Notes: generated from the sequence alone by a model not told the origin. A stretch of 64,000 nt of DNA from an uncultured Methanosarcinales archaeon (GCA_964344235.1 CAYFMJ010000003.1:31508-95507); one strand, 5' to 3'; counted from the stretch's first letter, positions 1-9,915 are shown. Translations and numbers: made by a program.

Positions 1-587
1 TGAGTAAGTTGGAAGATTTTGCAGAACATTCTTTAGAATTAGAGCAGTATAGTACTTCTTCTGATATTGCCGCAGAATGGGTGTGGTCGATGGCGTTACG
101 TGGAGAAATTGCGGGAAAAGTAATATTAGATGCTGCTGCAGGGCCCGGGATTATTGGTATGGGTTTATTGTTAATGGGAGCTAAGAAAGTTATTTTTGTT
201 GATAAGGATGAAAACGCAATGCAGATTTGTATGCGGAATTTCTCTCGGTTAGAGCAAGAGTATGAGATTGGAGAAGCAGAGTTTATTGTGGAGGATGTTA
301 GGTTATTTGATTCTGACGTCGATATAGTTGCGCAGAATCCACCGTTTGGAACACAGGAGAAACATATCGACAAAGTGTTTTTGGAGAAAGCGTTTTCCGT
401 TAGTACTGTGGTATATAGTATGCATAAGTGGAGTACGAAGAGTTTTGTAGAAGGAATTAGTAAAGATAATGGTTTTTCTATTACCAATGTGTGGCGTTTC
501 TCATTTCCCATTAAGAAGCAATTTTTGCATCATAAAAAGCCAGTGCAGTATGTAGACGTAGGATTATGGCGGATGGAGAAGTTATAA
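1..587 (+). CDS. METTL5-like rRNA N6-adenine methyltransferase, 5' end probably outside the window
   Basis: LELEQYST N-terminal motif, SAM-binding LDAAAGPG, catalytic NPPF; frame is open back to base 1 (..SKLEDF). Confidence 0.85.
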   Translation, partial: SKLEDFAEHSLELEQYSTSSDIAAEWVWSMALRGEIAGKVILDAAAGPGIIGMGLLLMGAKKVIFVDKDENAMQICMRNFSRLEQEYEIGEAEFIVEDVRLFDSDVDIVAQNPPFGTQEKHIDKVFLEKAFSVSTVVYSMHKWSTKSFVEGISKDNGFSITNVWRFSFPIKKQFLHHKKPVQYVDVGLWRMEKL

Positions 588-1826
588 TGTTCTTCTTTGG
601 TAGAATCTATCTTTAGCTTTTCGAACAATTTCCTTACTTTGACCAATATAGCCAAGAGGGTCAGAGATTTCACGTAACGTTTCTTCTGAAAGTCGTGCTG
701 TGACTTCATCAGATTCTAATAACACGTCAATAAATGGTCTCCGTTGTTCGTACGCCGTTGTTGCTAAACTTGCCGTTAGATTGTGTGCTTCACTTCGTGT
801 CATAGGTTGAGAGGTTCTTCTACCATCCGTGAGATATGTCATTACCTGCTGTGATGTGACAACACCAAAGCTTCTCACTACTCTTTCCCTAGATCTCTCT
901 TCATTCAAACCGAGCCAGTATACTATGTTTGCTAGCCTCCTAATGCCGTGATCGAGATATTTAAAGCCATCTTCAAAGTTTATTCTTGCGTTTGAGGAAG
1001 CAGACAAATCCCGAGCATAAGGCATTTGACAATTAGCAAGAGCGGTTGTCATGTTTCCCATTAAGTAATTACGGACGGACATGAATTGTTCTTCAGCTGT
1101 GGGATTGCCGTTCTTCGCATCCTTATGAGGCATCGCTGAGGAGCCTTTCTTTCTTTTTGGATTAGTGTTGACAAAGATATTTACATCATCACTTCTTCCC
1201 CAAGCTATATAGCGAGCGAGGTTGTTCATCGTCTCTCCAAGTCTACATAATACAAAGAAGATGTCAGCTTCAAACTCTAATCCTGGGACTTGAGCTGGGG
1301 CAAGCATGTGGTTGACTTCCAAGTCATTACAGTATGTTTCTTGTAATACTATTCCATCAAGTCGCCTAAAGCCACGAGAAGCTGCATGATCGGTCATTAA
1401 ATTACTTGCAGCAGCAGTGGTATCATCGATTAACTGCATTACTGCGTCATCAACATGCATTAACCCTTGAGCTTCTGCTCTTGAGATGTAACGGTCTTCT
1501 GGTTCATGCTTTGTACTATAATCTAAAACTGGTCTTAAGGCAGCCGGGATTTCATCTCCACGTTGAAAACCTTCAGGTAAACCAAGATCTTGCAGTGTGA
1601 CAGACCCTTCATCAACCCTTCGCCAAACGGAAGAACTTTCTGGGAGCGCATTTCGTGATATAAATTCAATTGGTTGTACATAATGTTCAACAGGAGGATT
1701 GGCGAAAGCGTCATAATTCCATTCACCTACTGCTTCATCAAATGTGGGTTTTAATCGGTGGCCATACTCGACTCGAATTGTTGTAGGTGCAACGCCCCGA
1801 TTTATTGCATCTTTCGCTGAGATGAG
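582..1826 (-). CDS. purB: Adenylosuccinate lyase (PurB)-like region; the frame has no start of its own until 1460 and is open up to ~1842
   Basis: Lyase signature GSSAMPHK..NP, ARDLSASSNARI, C-terminal EAH..DPLGYIG; no GRTH motif found in this frame. Confidence 0.75.
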   Translation of the reverse strand, partial: LISAKDAINRGVAPTTIRVEYGHRLKPTFDEAVGEWNYDAFANPPVEHYVQPIEFISRNALPESSSVWRRVDEGSVTLQDLGLPEGFQRGDEIPAALRPVLDYSTKHEPEDRYISRAEAQGLMHVDDAVMQLIDDTTAAASNLMTDHAASRGFRRLDGIVLQETYCNDLEVNHMLAPAQVPGLEFEADIFFVLCRLGETMNNLARYIAWGRSDDVNIFVNTNPKRKKGSSAMPHKDAKNGNPTAEEQFMSVRNYLMGNMTTALANCQMPYARDLSASSNARINFEDGFKYLDHGIRRLANIVYWLGLNEERSRERVVRSFGVVTSQQVMTYLTDGRRTSQPMTRSEAHNLTASLATTAYEQRRPFIDVLLESDEVTARLSEETLREISDPLGYIGQSKEIVRKAKDRFYQRRTL

Positions 1827-2982
1827 TTCTCCCTCCTGCAGTTACCACCCCTTCTTCACTATAACCGGAGCCTGCATGGAAGATTTCAACAGAGTCACCA
1901 AACCGTCCTAGTTCTTCCTGCGGAATCCCAATGCGCTTTCCTTTTTTAGGGCCTCCCGGGAGTGAGTAACCTTGTGATGCCAATACAACTGTCACTGTTT
2001 CACCTGGTTTTGCTGTAACATCAGCTGCTGTTAATGTGCCGTCAAGTGATTTGGTCATCATGTGATATAAATCACCGCCTAATTTCATCATTGTTGGTTG
2101 TGTTTCTGGATCACCCATGCGAACGTTGAATTCTAGGATTTGGGGGCCATCTTCCGTTAACATGAAACCCCCATAAAGAAAGCCAGTGTAAGGCGTGCCA
2201 TTCGTTGCCATTTGGGTTACAGTTTGTTGCATCATGCCAACGGATTCTGCAAAAATTTCAGGTGTAACATAAGCAGGAGAAGTGTGTGCTCCCATCCCTC
2301 CGGTGTTTGGTCCTAAGTCATTATCTAATAGTCTCTTATAATCACGAGATGCAAAAGGAATCGGTACGACATGTTCACCATCGCAAAAAGCGAAAATAGA
2401 ATATTCAGGTCCAGCAAGTCGTTCTGTTACAAGAATTTTTTCTCCAAATCGTAGAAATAATTCGGGAAGTAGCTGCTGTGCTTGTTCTAATGAATTGTAG
2501 ACTTCAACCCCTTTACCGCTAGCAAGACCATCAAATTTAGCGACAATACCCCTGTCATTTTGATGCTGTTCAGCAGCTGCTTGTGCTTCCTCTACACTAT
2601 GACACAACGTCCAATTAGCGTGAGGGACCCCTGCTTCTATCATAACTCTGTTAGCAAATACTTTACTTGCTTCTAATTGGGCAGCTGCTTGGCTTGGCCC
2701 ATACACTGCATGGCCATGTTGTTGAAGATAATCTGCTAAACCAGCTACTAATGGAGCTTCCGGGCCAACAACTGTTAAATCAATTTCAGCGCCATGTAAA
2801 AGATGTTCTAATCCTTCAAATGTTTCCATATCAAAAGTGTTCAAGACATCTGCTTTCCCCACTCTAGCCATGCCGGGGTTAGGGTTAATTGTGTAGACTT
2901 TATCTACATCTGGACTTTGTGCTAATTTCCATGTTAATGCGTGTTCTCTACCGCCGTTTCCTACCACTAATACATTTGCCAT
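1738..2982 (-). CDS. purD: Phosphoribosylamine-glycine ligase (PurD); shifts frame right after TAGGR at ~1827
   Basis: VLVVGNGGREHAL, VVGPEAPL, GLASGKGV, DLGPNTGGMGA, EFNVRMGDPETQ, FHAG..VTAGGR; ATG overlaps the purA stop (TAATG). Confidence 0.92.
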   Translation of the reverse strand: MANVLVVGNGGREHALTWKLAQSPDVDKVYTINPNPGMARVGKADVLNTFDMETFEGLEHLLHGAEIDLTVVGPEAPLVAGLADYLQQHGHAVYGPSQAAAQLEASKVFANRVMIEAGVPHANWTLCHSVEEAQAAAEQHQNDRGIVAKFDGLASGKGVEVYNSLEQAQQLLPELFLRFGEKILVTERLAGPEYSIFAFCDGEHVVPIPFASRDYKRLLDNDLGPNTGGMGAHTSPAYVTPEIFAESVGMMQQTVTQMATNGTPYTGFLYGGFMLTEDGPQILEFNVRMGDPETQPTMMKLGGDLYHMMTKSLDGTLTAADVTAKPGETVTVVLASQGYSLPGGPKKGKRIGIPQEELGRFGDSVEIFHAGSGYSEEGVVTAGGRTHLSERCNKSGRCTYNNSSRVWPPIKTHI

Positions 2983-4709
2983 TATGCTACCTCCATGTAT
3001 ATCCCTTCTCCGGTGAAAGGGTTATGTAATTCAATCGTTTGCTCTCTACCTGGACCTACGCCAATTGAATAGATTCTTACACCAGTTAATTCCGCAATTC
3101 GTGTAACATATTTTCGTGCGTTTTCTGGTAACTCTTCAAATGTTCTAGCTTTTTCGACTTCTTTTGAATCCCAGCCTGCTAACGTTTCGTAATGAGCAAC
3201 TGCTTTATCTAGTTGGTAGAGAGGAATTTCTTTGTGAACTTCACCATCAACAGTGTAATGTGTTAAGATTTTAACTTCCTCAAAGTCTCCCAAACAATCA
3301 AGTTTTGTCAATGCTAAACCGGTTAAGCCGTTAACACGGACAGCATGGCGTAATGAAGCAATGTCTAACCAACCAGTTCTTCTTGGTCGACCTGTTGTTG
3401 CACCATATTCCTGTGCTTTAACCATTGTAGCCATTCCGAGAATATGGTTATATGCATCTTGCAGGAAGAACTCCTGCTCATTATTTGCTGAAGATAATCG
3501 ATCCTGAGTTTCATGAAGGATACTTAATATTCGACCAGTCACTCCATCATATTCAAGATTAGTTGCAACCTCAATCATATTATCAACAATAAATTGATAA
3601 TCGCTTGAAAGGGAATATTCTGAAGCCCAGTGTTTCCTAATTCTCCGTTGATCAGCTGTTTCAAGTTGATTGAAATCTTCAATGCTGATTCCCTCATTTT
3701 CACAAAGATAATCCATCAACTCTTTTTTCTGCAAATTTTCATTGACTAATTCTGAAGGGAACGGACCATCTCCAACCCGAGTCATTGTAAGTTTTACAAT
3801 ACCAACAATATCATCAAGAGTTCCTGGACCAACGCCAGCACCAGTACAAGCGCCACCAGCAATAGGATGAGAAGAGGTTACGTAACGATATGTTCCGTGT
3901 TTAACATCTAAGAACGTTCCTTGTGCTCCTTCATAAATAATATTTTTATTGTCATCACGAGCCAAATCTATTTTCTTGGAGCCATCAACAAACTGAATGC
4001 CCCTTCTTAGCAGCTCATTAACTTGTTTTTCTAGGTCTTTGAAGATTTTTCTCGCTTCTCTAGTAACTCTTTTATCACCCACTCTACTTTTCTTACCGTA
4101 ACGCCAATGCCGAACTTGCTTCTCAAGCATCTCTTGTGCAACTTCTGGTCGATGAATAATGTCCCCGTATGTTACAGCCCTCCTGCCAGCACGATCTTCA
4201 TACGCAGGCCTAATACCATTACGTGTTGAGCCAACACCATTACCAGAAACTTCATGGGAGACATCTTCTTCCAAATGTAAAGGTGTAATAATATCAGTAT
4301 TTTCAGACACATATAAGCGATTTTCGAGATCAAGAGGTTTTGTCACCCCATCAACTGTCACGGTTTTACCATGAAGTTCATCAAGTTCAGTAATTATTTC
4401 ATTGGGGCTAACAACAACACCATCACCCAGAAGAATGTCTGCTTCTAAATTCATGATACCAGAAGGAATAACGTGAAGAATGTATTTATCACCATTAATA
4501 ACAAGGGTATGGCCAGCATTGCCGCCGCCATTGTATCGTACTATAAGGTCAGCTAAATCCACATACCTGTCTACTTCTTTCCCTTTGCCTTCATCTCCCC
4601 AAGCGGTTCCAACAATAACAACACTTTTTGATTCTTCAGGTTTGATAGAAGGGAGTTCTGTAAGTTTATATTCAAGACTGATTAAAGGAGAGTCTGGGAG
4701 ACGGGACAC
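2982..4709 (-). CDS. purA: Adenylosuccinate synthetase with ~100-aa internal insertion
   Basis: WGDEGKGK, RYNGGGNAGHT, EGAQGTFLD..GTYRYVTSS, TRVGDGPFP, EYGATTGRPRRTGWLD, LTKLD; GGTGA RBS before the GTG. Confidence 0.95.
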   Translation of the reverse strand: MSRLPDSPLISLEYKLTELPSIKPEESKSVVIVGTAWGDEGKGKEVDRYVDLADLIVRYNGGGNAGHTLVINGDKYILHVIPSGIMNLEADILLGDGVVVSPNEIITELDELHGKTVTVDGVTKPLDLENRLYVSENTDIITPLHLEEDVSHEVSGNGVGSTRNGIRPAYEDRAGRRAVTYGDIIHRPEVAQEMLEKQVRHWRYGKKSRVGDKRVTREARKIFKDLEKQVNELLRRGIQFVDGSKKIDLARDDNKNIIYEGAQGTFLDVKHGTYRYVTSSHPIAGGACTGAGVGPGTLDDIVGIVKLTMTRVGDGPFPSELVNENLQKKELMDYLCENEGISIEDFNQLETADQRRIRKHWASEYSLSSDYQFIVDNMIEVATNLEYDGVTGRILSILHETQDRLSSANNEQEFFLQDAYNHILGMATMVKAQEYGATTGRPRRTGWLDIASLRHAVRVNGLTGLALTKLDCLGDFEEVKILTHYTVDGEVHKEIPLYQLDKAVAHYETLAGWDSKEVEKARTFEELPENARKYVTRIAELTGVRIYSIGVGPGREQTIELHNPFTGEGIYMEVA

Positions 4710-4856
4710 TCACCATTCACCCCAAATAGTAGAATCAATTATGTCCATAGCGATCACTCTGGAAATGGTAATTTCATTTAAATGCATTTATACAACGTAA
4801 CATGGAGAATGCAGAACATAGTAAAAATTATAAACTCTATTTTGTTTCTTAGTGGG

Positions 4857-5051
4857 ATGGTTGATAGAGAGTTTATTTTATGGAGTAATGTTGTGGTGTT
4901 TAGTGTTGTGTTAATTCTGCATCTCGTCAGAGGTATTTGGGGATTAGAGTTAACGTTAGGAACGTGGGGTGTGCCGGTATGGTTTAGTATTATTGCGGTA
5001 TTGTTATTAGGATTTTTGGTTGTGGTAAACTGGAGGTTGTTACACAAATGA
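4857..5051 (+). CDS. Small two-TM membrane protein
   Basis: Two hydrophobic helices (HLVR..W..P.W); ATG 4857 preferred over the track start 4782. Confidence 0.6.
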   Translation: MVDREFILWSNVVVFSVVLILHLVRGIWGLELTLGTWGVPVWFSIIAVLLLGFLVVVNWRLLHK

Positions 5052-5338
5052 AGGTTACTATTGATACTAAAGAGGATAGTCACGAAGATATTCAGAAAGT
5101 GATTCAGATTCTTACGAATATGTTACATCAGAAAGAAGTTGTTACGCCAACTGCCCCCGTGGAAGATACAACGAACATGATGAGTATGTTCGCTAATCCT
5201 ACTGCGCATGTGAAAGAAGAAGTTCCAGTGGCTGCTGAACCCGTACAGGAAAGTGCTCCTGATTTTAGTGCGTTTCTTAACCTCGCTGCAGAAGAGAAGA
5301 AAGAACCAGACGATGAAGCGAAGATTGAGTTTTTCTAA
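5048..5338 (+). CDS. Hypothetical acidic protein (MKVTIDTKEDS..)
   Basis: Overlaps the previous stop; host-like codon usage. Confidence 0.65.
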   Translation: MKVTIDTKEDSHEDIQKVIQILTNMLHQKEVVTPTAPVEDTTNMMSMFANPTAHVKEEVPVAAEPVQESAPDFSAFLNLAAEEKKEPDDEAKIEFF

Positions 5339-5547
5339 GCTGTTGCAAGAATATTTTTAACATTAACATTGGTTAAAGATTCCATAGGGATTCTTTTACT
5401 TGCATCTAAAATTTCAATACCCAAAATATTTCCATCACTATCTAAATCAATAATGGTAAAATCATCAATTTTTTTATTTGAGGCAAATGTTCCCTTACGG
5501 AACTCTATATACACTGCATCTGCTTCTTTATCGTAGCTAATTTCCAT
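5335..5547 (-). CDS. DUF2283-family protein
   Basis: YDKEADAVYI...DLDSDGNILGIEILDAS pattern. Confidence 0.85.
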   Translation of the reverse strand: MEISYDKEADAVYIEFRKGTFASNKKIDDFTIIDLDSDGNILGIEILDASKRIPMESLTNVNVKNILATA

Positions 5548-5557
5548 TATGAGCAAT

Positions 5558-6022
5558 TTATTCCTTCTGTAAGTACGCTAGCTCTTCCGCAAGTATAACA
5601 TGAAGAGACAACTTTTGGTCTTTTAGAAAATCCATCCCTAGTATTGATGGAAGAGATTCCGCTATTTGCATATTCTTTTCTGAAGTTTTTGTTGTCTTTA
5701 AAGCTTTGAGGCTAACATCCAGTTCAATATGGCCCGTGCCTTTTCCTTCTTTTAACAAATACATTTTTATCTTAGGAATAGAGATGTGTTTAAAGCGGGA
5801 TCCACCAAAATGCACTTCGCCGGAAGAGTTTCTACCTTTCAGAGGAATTTGCAACACTTTAACGTCCTTGCCACTTAGATAAGAGTCGGGACTTCCAGTA
5901 TCAATAACAAAGTTCATTAATCTTGGTTTGTGGATTCTAAGACTTTCACAGATTATCATTGAAGTTAAAACTAATCGCCCCTCGGAAATTTGTAATGGGA
6001 TTCTTGTACCTAATTTAACCAT
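5558..6022 (-). CDS. Retropepsin-like (clan AA) aspartic protease
   Basis: FVIDTGS catalytic motif and SILGMDFL psi-loop motif. Confidence 0.8.
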   Translation of the reverse strand: MVKLGTRIPLQISEGRLVLTSMIICESLRIHKPRLMNFVIDTGSPDSYLSGKDVKVLQIPLKGRNSSGEVHFGGSRFKHISIPKIKMYLLKEGKGTGHIELDVSLKALKTTKTSEKNMQIAESLPSILGMDFLKDQKLSLHVILAEELAYLQKE

Positions 6023-6028
6023 TTTTAA

Positions 6029-6268
6029 TTAAAGAATAGCCTTTACTTTGCTTACAAATCTAATGAATATATTAGAAGTATCAACACCATCTTTACGTAA
6101 TTTAGCCATCAGGCCATCAAGGCTCTTATCAGAATCTACTACTCTCTTATTATGAAAGGCAATGAACTTATTATTATACTTTGATTTAATTAATGTAAGG
6201 TTCTTATCAAACCATTGTATATCTTCTCTTCCCTGAAGCAGAGTTTGGGCAATAATGTTACTTTCCAT
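6029..6268 (-). CDS. DUF5678-like small protein
   Basis: KYNNKFIAFHNKRVVDSD..L pattern, directly upstream of a retropepsin. Confidence 0.7.
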   Translation of the reverse strand: MESNIIAQTLLQGREDIQWFDKNLTLIKSKYNNKFIAFHNKRVVDSDKSLDGLMAKLRKDGVDTSNIFIRFVSKVKAIL

Positions 6269-6344
6269 AATAATGTTTCACTTTAGTGTTATAAATGGTT
6301 TTACTTTTTAATGGTTTCGTACTAGTATTATTCATTTCCATTTT

Positions 6345-7583
6345 CTAAATAAATAACAATCCAATTCCAGCTGCAATTAGTAGAGCAAAGGCACCTACAA
6401 CGTATTTCCGGAATTGTGGTGTGCCAAACCAGAAGGCGATGCCGCCTTTCACTGCTACGTTTGTTAGGGTTGCTATGATAATTCCATTACGAGCTGTTTC
6501 TACTGAGATAGATGTCTTTGCTAATTGTGCTAGTGATAACGTAATTGCATCAACGTCAGCAAAGCCGGAAATGAAACTGGCGATGTAGATTCCTCTTGAG
6601 GAGAAGTAGACTTCTGCGATCTTTACTAATGCCAAAATAACAGCGAAGAATATTCCAAATGTTAACGCTGGTTTGATGGTAAATGGGGATTTGAGTGTAA
6701 TTTTCTTTTTGGTTTTAGACGCTCCTCTCCAGAGAAGATAGGCAAAGAGAATCGTTAAACCAGCAAGGGAAAGCATGGGAATTAAGAGAGGTCGTAAGAG
6801 TGCTCTATTCACAACAAGCACTTCAAATAATATTCTAATAAACATTATACCGTTGGCTAAGATAACTCCAAGTGCTAATGCTTTGGCTAGTTTCTTGTTA
6901 CTGTTACTTCGTTGTGCAAAACTAATAGTGGTAGCAGTGCTGCTTGCCAATCCTCCAAGAATTCCAGTTAATGGAATCCCACGTTGACCGAACCATTTCA
7001 TTAAGATGTATCCCGCAAAACTAATTCCTGAAATGAAAACGACCATGAGCCAGATAATGAATGGATTAAAAATACCATGTGGCCCATACGCTTGGTTTGG
7101 CAGTAATGGTAAGATCAAAAAAGCGATCACTGCAAATTTTAATGTGTCTGCTAACTCTTGCTTTTTCATTTTCTCTGCAAAACGATGTAAAATAGAGCGA
7201 GAGTAGAGGAGAATCGTCATCACGATAGCAATGGTGATTGCAAGGATAAGTTCGTTGTGAAAGGCGAGAATTCCTAAGAAATAGGTAACAAAACCAGCAA
7301 CTTCTGACGTCGCACCGGTATCTCTATGTGATTGGTTTTTTACAAAATACGCCACTATAATGAGGATGCCGATTAAAGCGGAAGTTGTGATAAGTATCCA
7401 AATATTAATTGTTTCACCAAAGAATGCTGCTAATGATCCGAGAAGGGCAATGAGAGGAAATGTTCTAATCCCTGCGTAATCGTGTCCTCTCTTTTTGTAG
7501 CGGGCGTATTCCCTCTCTAAGCCAACAAGTGCACCGAGGGCTAGCGCAATGATAAATGGTTGTAAGATTGAGAATGTTACCAT
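6345..7583 (-). CDS. MgtC/SapB + DUF4010 membrane protein
   Basis: LGALVGLERE, AGIRTFPL, GGLASSTATT, SGFADVDAITLS; many TM segments. Confidence 0.9.
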   Translation of the reverse strand: MVTFSILQPFIIALALGALVGLEREYARYKKRGHDYAGIRTFPLIALLGSLAAFFGETINIWILITTSALIGILIIVAYFVKNQSHRDTGATSEVAGFVTYFLGILAFHNELILAITIAIVMTILLYSRSILHRFAEKMKKQELADTLKFAVIAFLILPLLPNQAYGPHGIFNPFIIWLMVVFISGISFAGYILMKWFGQRGIPLTGILGGLASSTATTISFAQRSNSNKKLAKALALGVILANGIMFIRILFEVLVVNRALLRPLLIPMLSLAGLTILFAYLLWRGASKTKKKITLKSPFTIKPALTFGIFFAVILALVKIAEVYFSSRGIYIASFISGFADVDAITLSLAQLAKTSISVETARNGIIIATLTNVAVKGGIAFWFGTPQFRKYVVGAFALLIAAGIGLLFI

Positions 7584-7711
7584 AGTACCTCTTTTTTCTA
7601 GAAAAGTATTTTGTGGTTAATAAATGTTTTTAGTGTTGGATTTTCAAAATTTTCTTTAAACTGTAGAAAGAAATGTTTATAGAAAAGAACTTAAAGTAAT
7701 GAGGATATAAA

Positions 7712-9019
7712 ATGGTAATGAAAGAATATGATGTTGTAATTGTTGGGGGAGGAGTTACGGGAACTGCTATCTTGTATACTCTCAGTCATTTTACCAATGT
7801 TGGAAGAGTTGCATTAGTTGAGAAGTATGGGAAAATAGCTGCAGTCCAGAGTTCGAAGAATAATAATTCTCAGACTCTACACTTTGGCGATATTGAGACG
7901 AATTATACTGTTGCAAAAGCTGAGAAAGTAAAAGCGGGAGCGGAGTTGGTAGCGGCGTTTGTGGAGCAAAATAAACGAAACAATTTATTTCAGAAGTTTC
8001 AGAAGATGGTGCTTGCTGTTGGTTCTAATGAGGTAAAGAGGTTAGAAGAACGGTATGAAGATTTTAAAGAATTATTTCCACGGTTACGGAAAGTCTATCG
8101 GGAAGAATTGAAAAAGTTAGAACCGAAGATTGTGGAGGGAAGAGATGAAAATGTAGAGTTAATGGCGTTGTATACGGACGAGGGGTATGCTGTTGATTAT
8201 GGAATGTTGTCTGAGATTTTTGTCGAGAAAGCAAAGAGAGATAATTATGATGTGTTTTTGAACTCTCCCGTGACAAAAATTACTCCAGTGGACGGAAAAT
8301 ATATTGTCACGACAAATAAAACAGAGTTTAAAGCAAAAGTCGTGATGATTGCTGCATCTGCTAGTAGTCTTACGTTTGCTCACAAGTTAGGGTATGGCAA
8401 AGAGTTTATTCTTCTTCCAGTTGCAGGAGATTTCTTTTGTTCAAAGAAGAAACTTAATGGGAAAGTGTACATGATGCAGAAGCCGAAATTACCGTTTGCT
8501 GCAATTCATGGTGACCCTGCTGTGGATAATGTTAATATTACACGATTTGGGCCAATTGCGAAAGTGTTACCGATCTTAGAGAAACGTAATGTACGATCAT
8601 TTTTTGATTTCGTGAAATTATTTCGATTTAAGTGGAGTGCAATTATGAGTATTTTGAATATTTTGAAAGATCCAATTTATTATCGCTTTGTGTTTTGGAA
8701 TGTGTTGTATGGGATTCCCTATTTTGGTAAGTTTTTCTTTGTGAAAGAAGTACGAAAGATCACCCCATCAATGAAACCACAGGAATTACATTACGGCAGA
8801 GCTATTGGTGGTATTCGGCCCCAGGTAGTTGATACGAAGACGAAGAAAGTGGCGTTAGGGGAAGCAAAAATTATGGGAGACAACATAATTTTTAACATTA
8901 CACCATCTCCTGGTGCGTCAACATGTTTACAGAATGCAGTGGTTGATGTGAAAAGAATTGTTGGTTTTCTGGGGAAAGAATTTAATGAAGAGAGAATGCG
9001 GAAAGAGTTGCAGCGTTAA
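7712..9019 (+). CDS. mqo: Malate:quinone oxidoreductase-like FAD dehydrogenase
   Basis: GGGVTG FAD fold, NNSQTLHFGDIETNY, PFAAIHGDP, GGIRPQ, TPSPGAST as in Campylobacter/Helicobacter-type Mqo. Confidence 0.75.
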   Translation: MVMKEYDVVIVGGGVTGTAILYTLSHFTNVGRVALVEKYGKIAAVQSSKNNNSQTLHFGDIETNYTVAKAEKVKAGAELVAAFVEQNKRNNLFQKFQKMVLAVGSNEVKRLEERYEDFKELFPRLRKVYREELKKLEPKIVEGRDENVELMALYTDEGYAVDYGMLSEIFVEKAKRDNYDVFLNSPVTKITPVDGKYIVTTNKTEFKAKVVMIAASASSLTFAHKLGYGKEFILLPVAGDFFCSKKKLNGKVYMMQKPKLPFAAIHGDPAVDNVNITRFGPIAKVLPILEKRNVRSFFDFVKLFRFKWSAIMSILNILKDPIYYRFVFWNVLYGIPYFGKFFFVKEVRKITPSMKPQELHYGRAIGGIRPQVVDTKTKKVALGEAKIMGDNIIFNITPSPGASTCLQNAVVDVKRIVGFLGKEFNEERMRKELQR

Positions 9020-9855
9020 CGATGCTGTATTAAACCATACTTTTCACCCAAGCGAGCAGCAATGAGGTTTGCTCCTGCGAGGTTAACAACACCGGCAACT
9101 AATTGTGAACTCGGAACTGTATCAACCCTTTCTGATCGAAGAAAGTCTTTCGATAATGCGTACAGTGCTACTTCTGCTGGTTGCCGTGCGGAAGGAAAGA
9201 CTAGTCCTAACCTTAGCTCTCTACCACCATGCACATGGGTATAGGCAATCATAATAGCATCCCGGCCAGAGTGCTGTGGAATAACTGTTAGATTCCTTTC
9301 AAGTGCTGTCCTAGTTTCTTCTAGGTGTTGCTCTGTAAGTGCAAGTGAACTGAAATCTCTCATAGACCCATGTTCTGGGGAAGTTCTTATTAGACTATCG
9401 TAAAAAGCAGCAGTGCTGTTATAACTCAAGTATGCCAAAGAAGCTTCACGACGGACGTCTGCGCAATCTATTTCATCAAGAGGATTTGAACGGTCAAGAT
9501 ATTCAAAACCATCGTCTCGAGTGACAATAGTAACTTCTGTGTCTGATCCTTCTAATTGGGGTAATAGTTCCATTAACTCTACACAACGACGGGAACCATT
9601 ATCGTCCAAATCGTGCCGTGACAATTCTTGCCCAGTTATATGGTGGCGTAAGTATTGTAATCGATCAGAAAGGGGAAGTGCTTCATAGCGTGCGACTTCC
9701 GCTTCTAATTCTGCCGTAAATAATTGTTCATCTGTTGGAGTGGTTGGTTTTGGCACAGTGGCACATGCTTCTACTACTGCAGCTAAGCCGCCGAAAGCTG
9801 TCACTACAGCACCAGCACCAAGCCTTCGTAACGCATCTCGTCTTGCGAATGTCAT
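9016..9855 (-). CDS. Hypothetical exported protein with twin-arginine and lipobox-like signal
   Basis: MTFARRDALRRLG + hydrophobic stretch + VEAC, then a Pro/Thr linker. Confidence 0.6.
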   Translation of the reverse strand: MTFARRDALRRLGAGAVVTAFGGLAAVVEACATVPKPTTPTDEQLFTAELEAEVARYEALPLSDRLQYLRHHITGQELSRHDLDDNGSRRCVELMELLPQLEGSDTEVTIVTRDDGFEYLDRSNPLDEIDCADVRREASLAYLSYNSTAAFYDSLIRTSPEHGSMRDFSSLALTEQHLEETRTALERNLTVIPQHSGRDAIMIAYTHVHGGRELRLGLVFPSARQPAEVALYALSKDFLRSERVDTVPSSQLVAGVVNLAGANLIAARLGEKYGLIQHR

Positions 9856-9915
9856 CTTAGTCTCATACCAGCGTATATTTTAAAAAACTTTCCGAGAAGA
9901 ATCACTGAAGGGGAA

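Noticed and set aside
1819-1836. GRTH appearing at the purD frameshift, as if it were the PurB catalytic motif
   Set aside because: It arises from GGR plus out-of-frame bases and lies far upstream of where PurB needs it
3425-3745. PurA insertion as an intein
   Set aside because: No N-terminal Cys/Ser block, no C-terminal His-Asn, no LAGLIDADG motif
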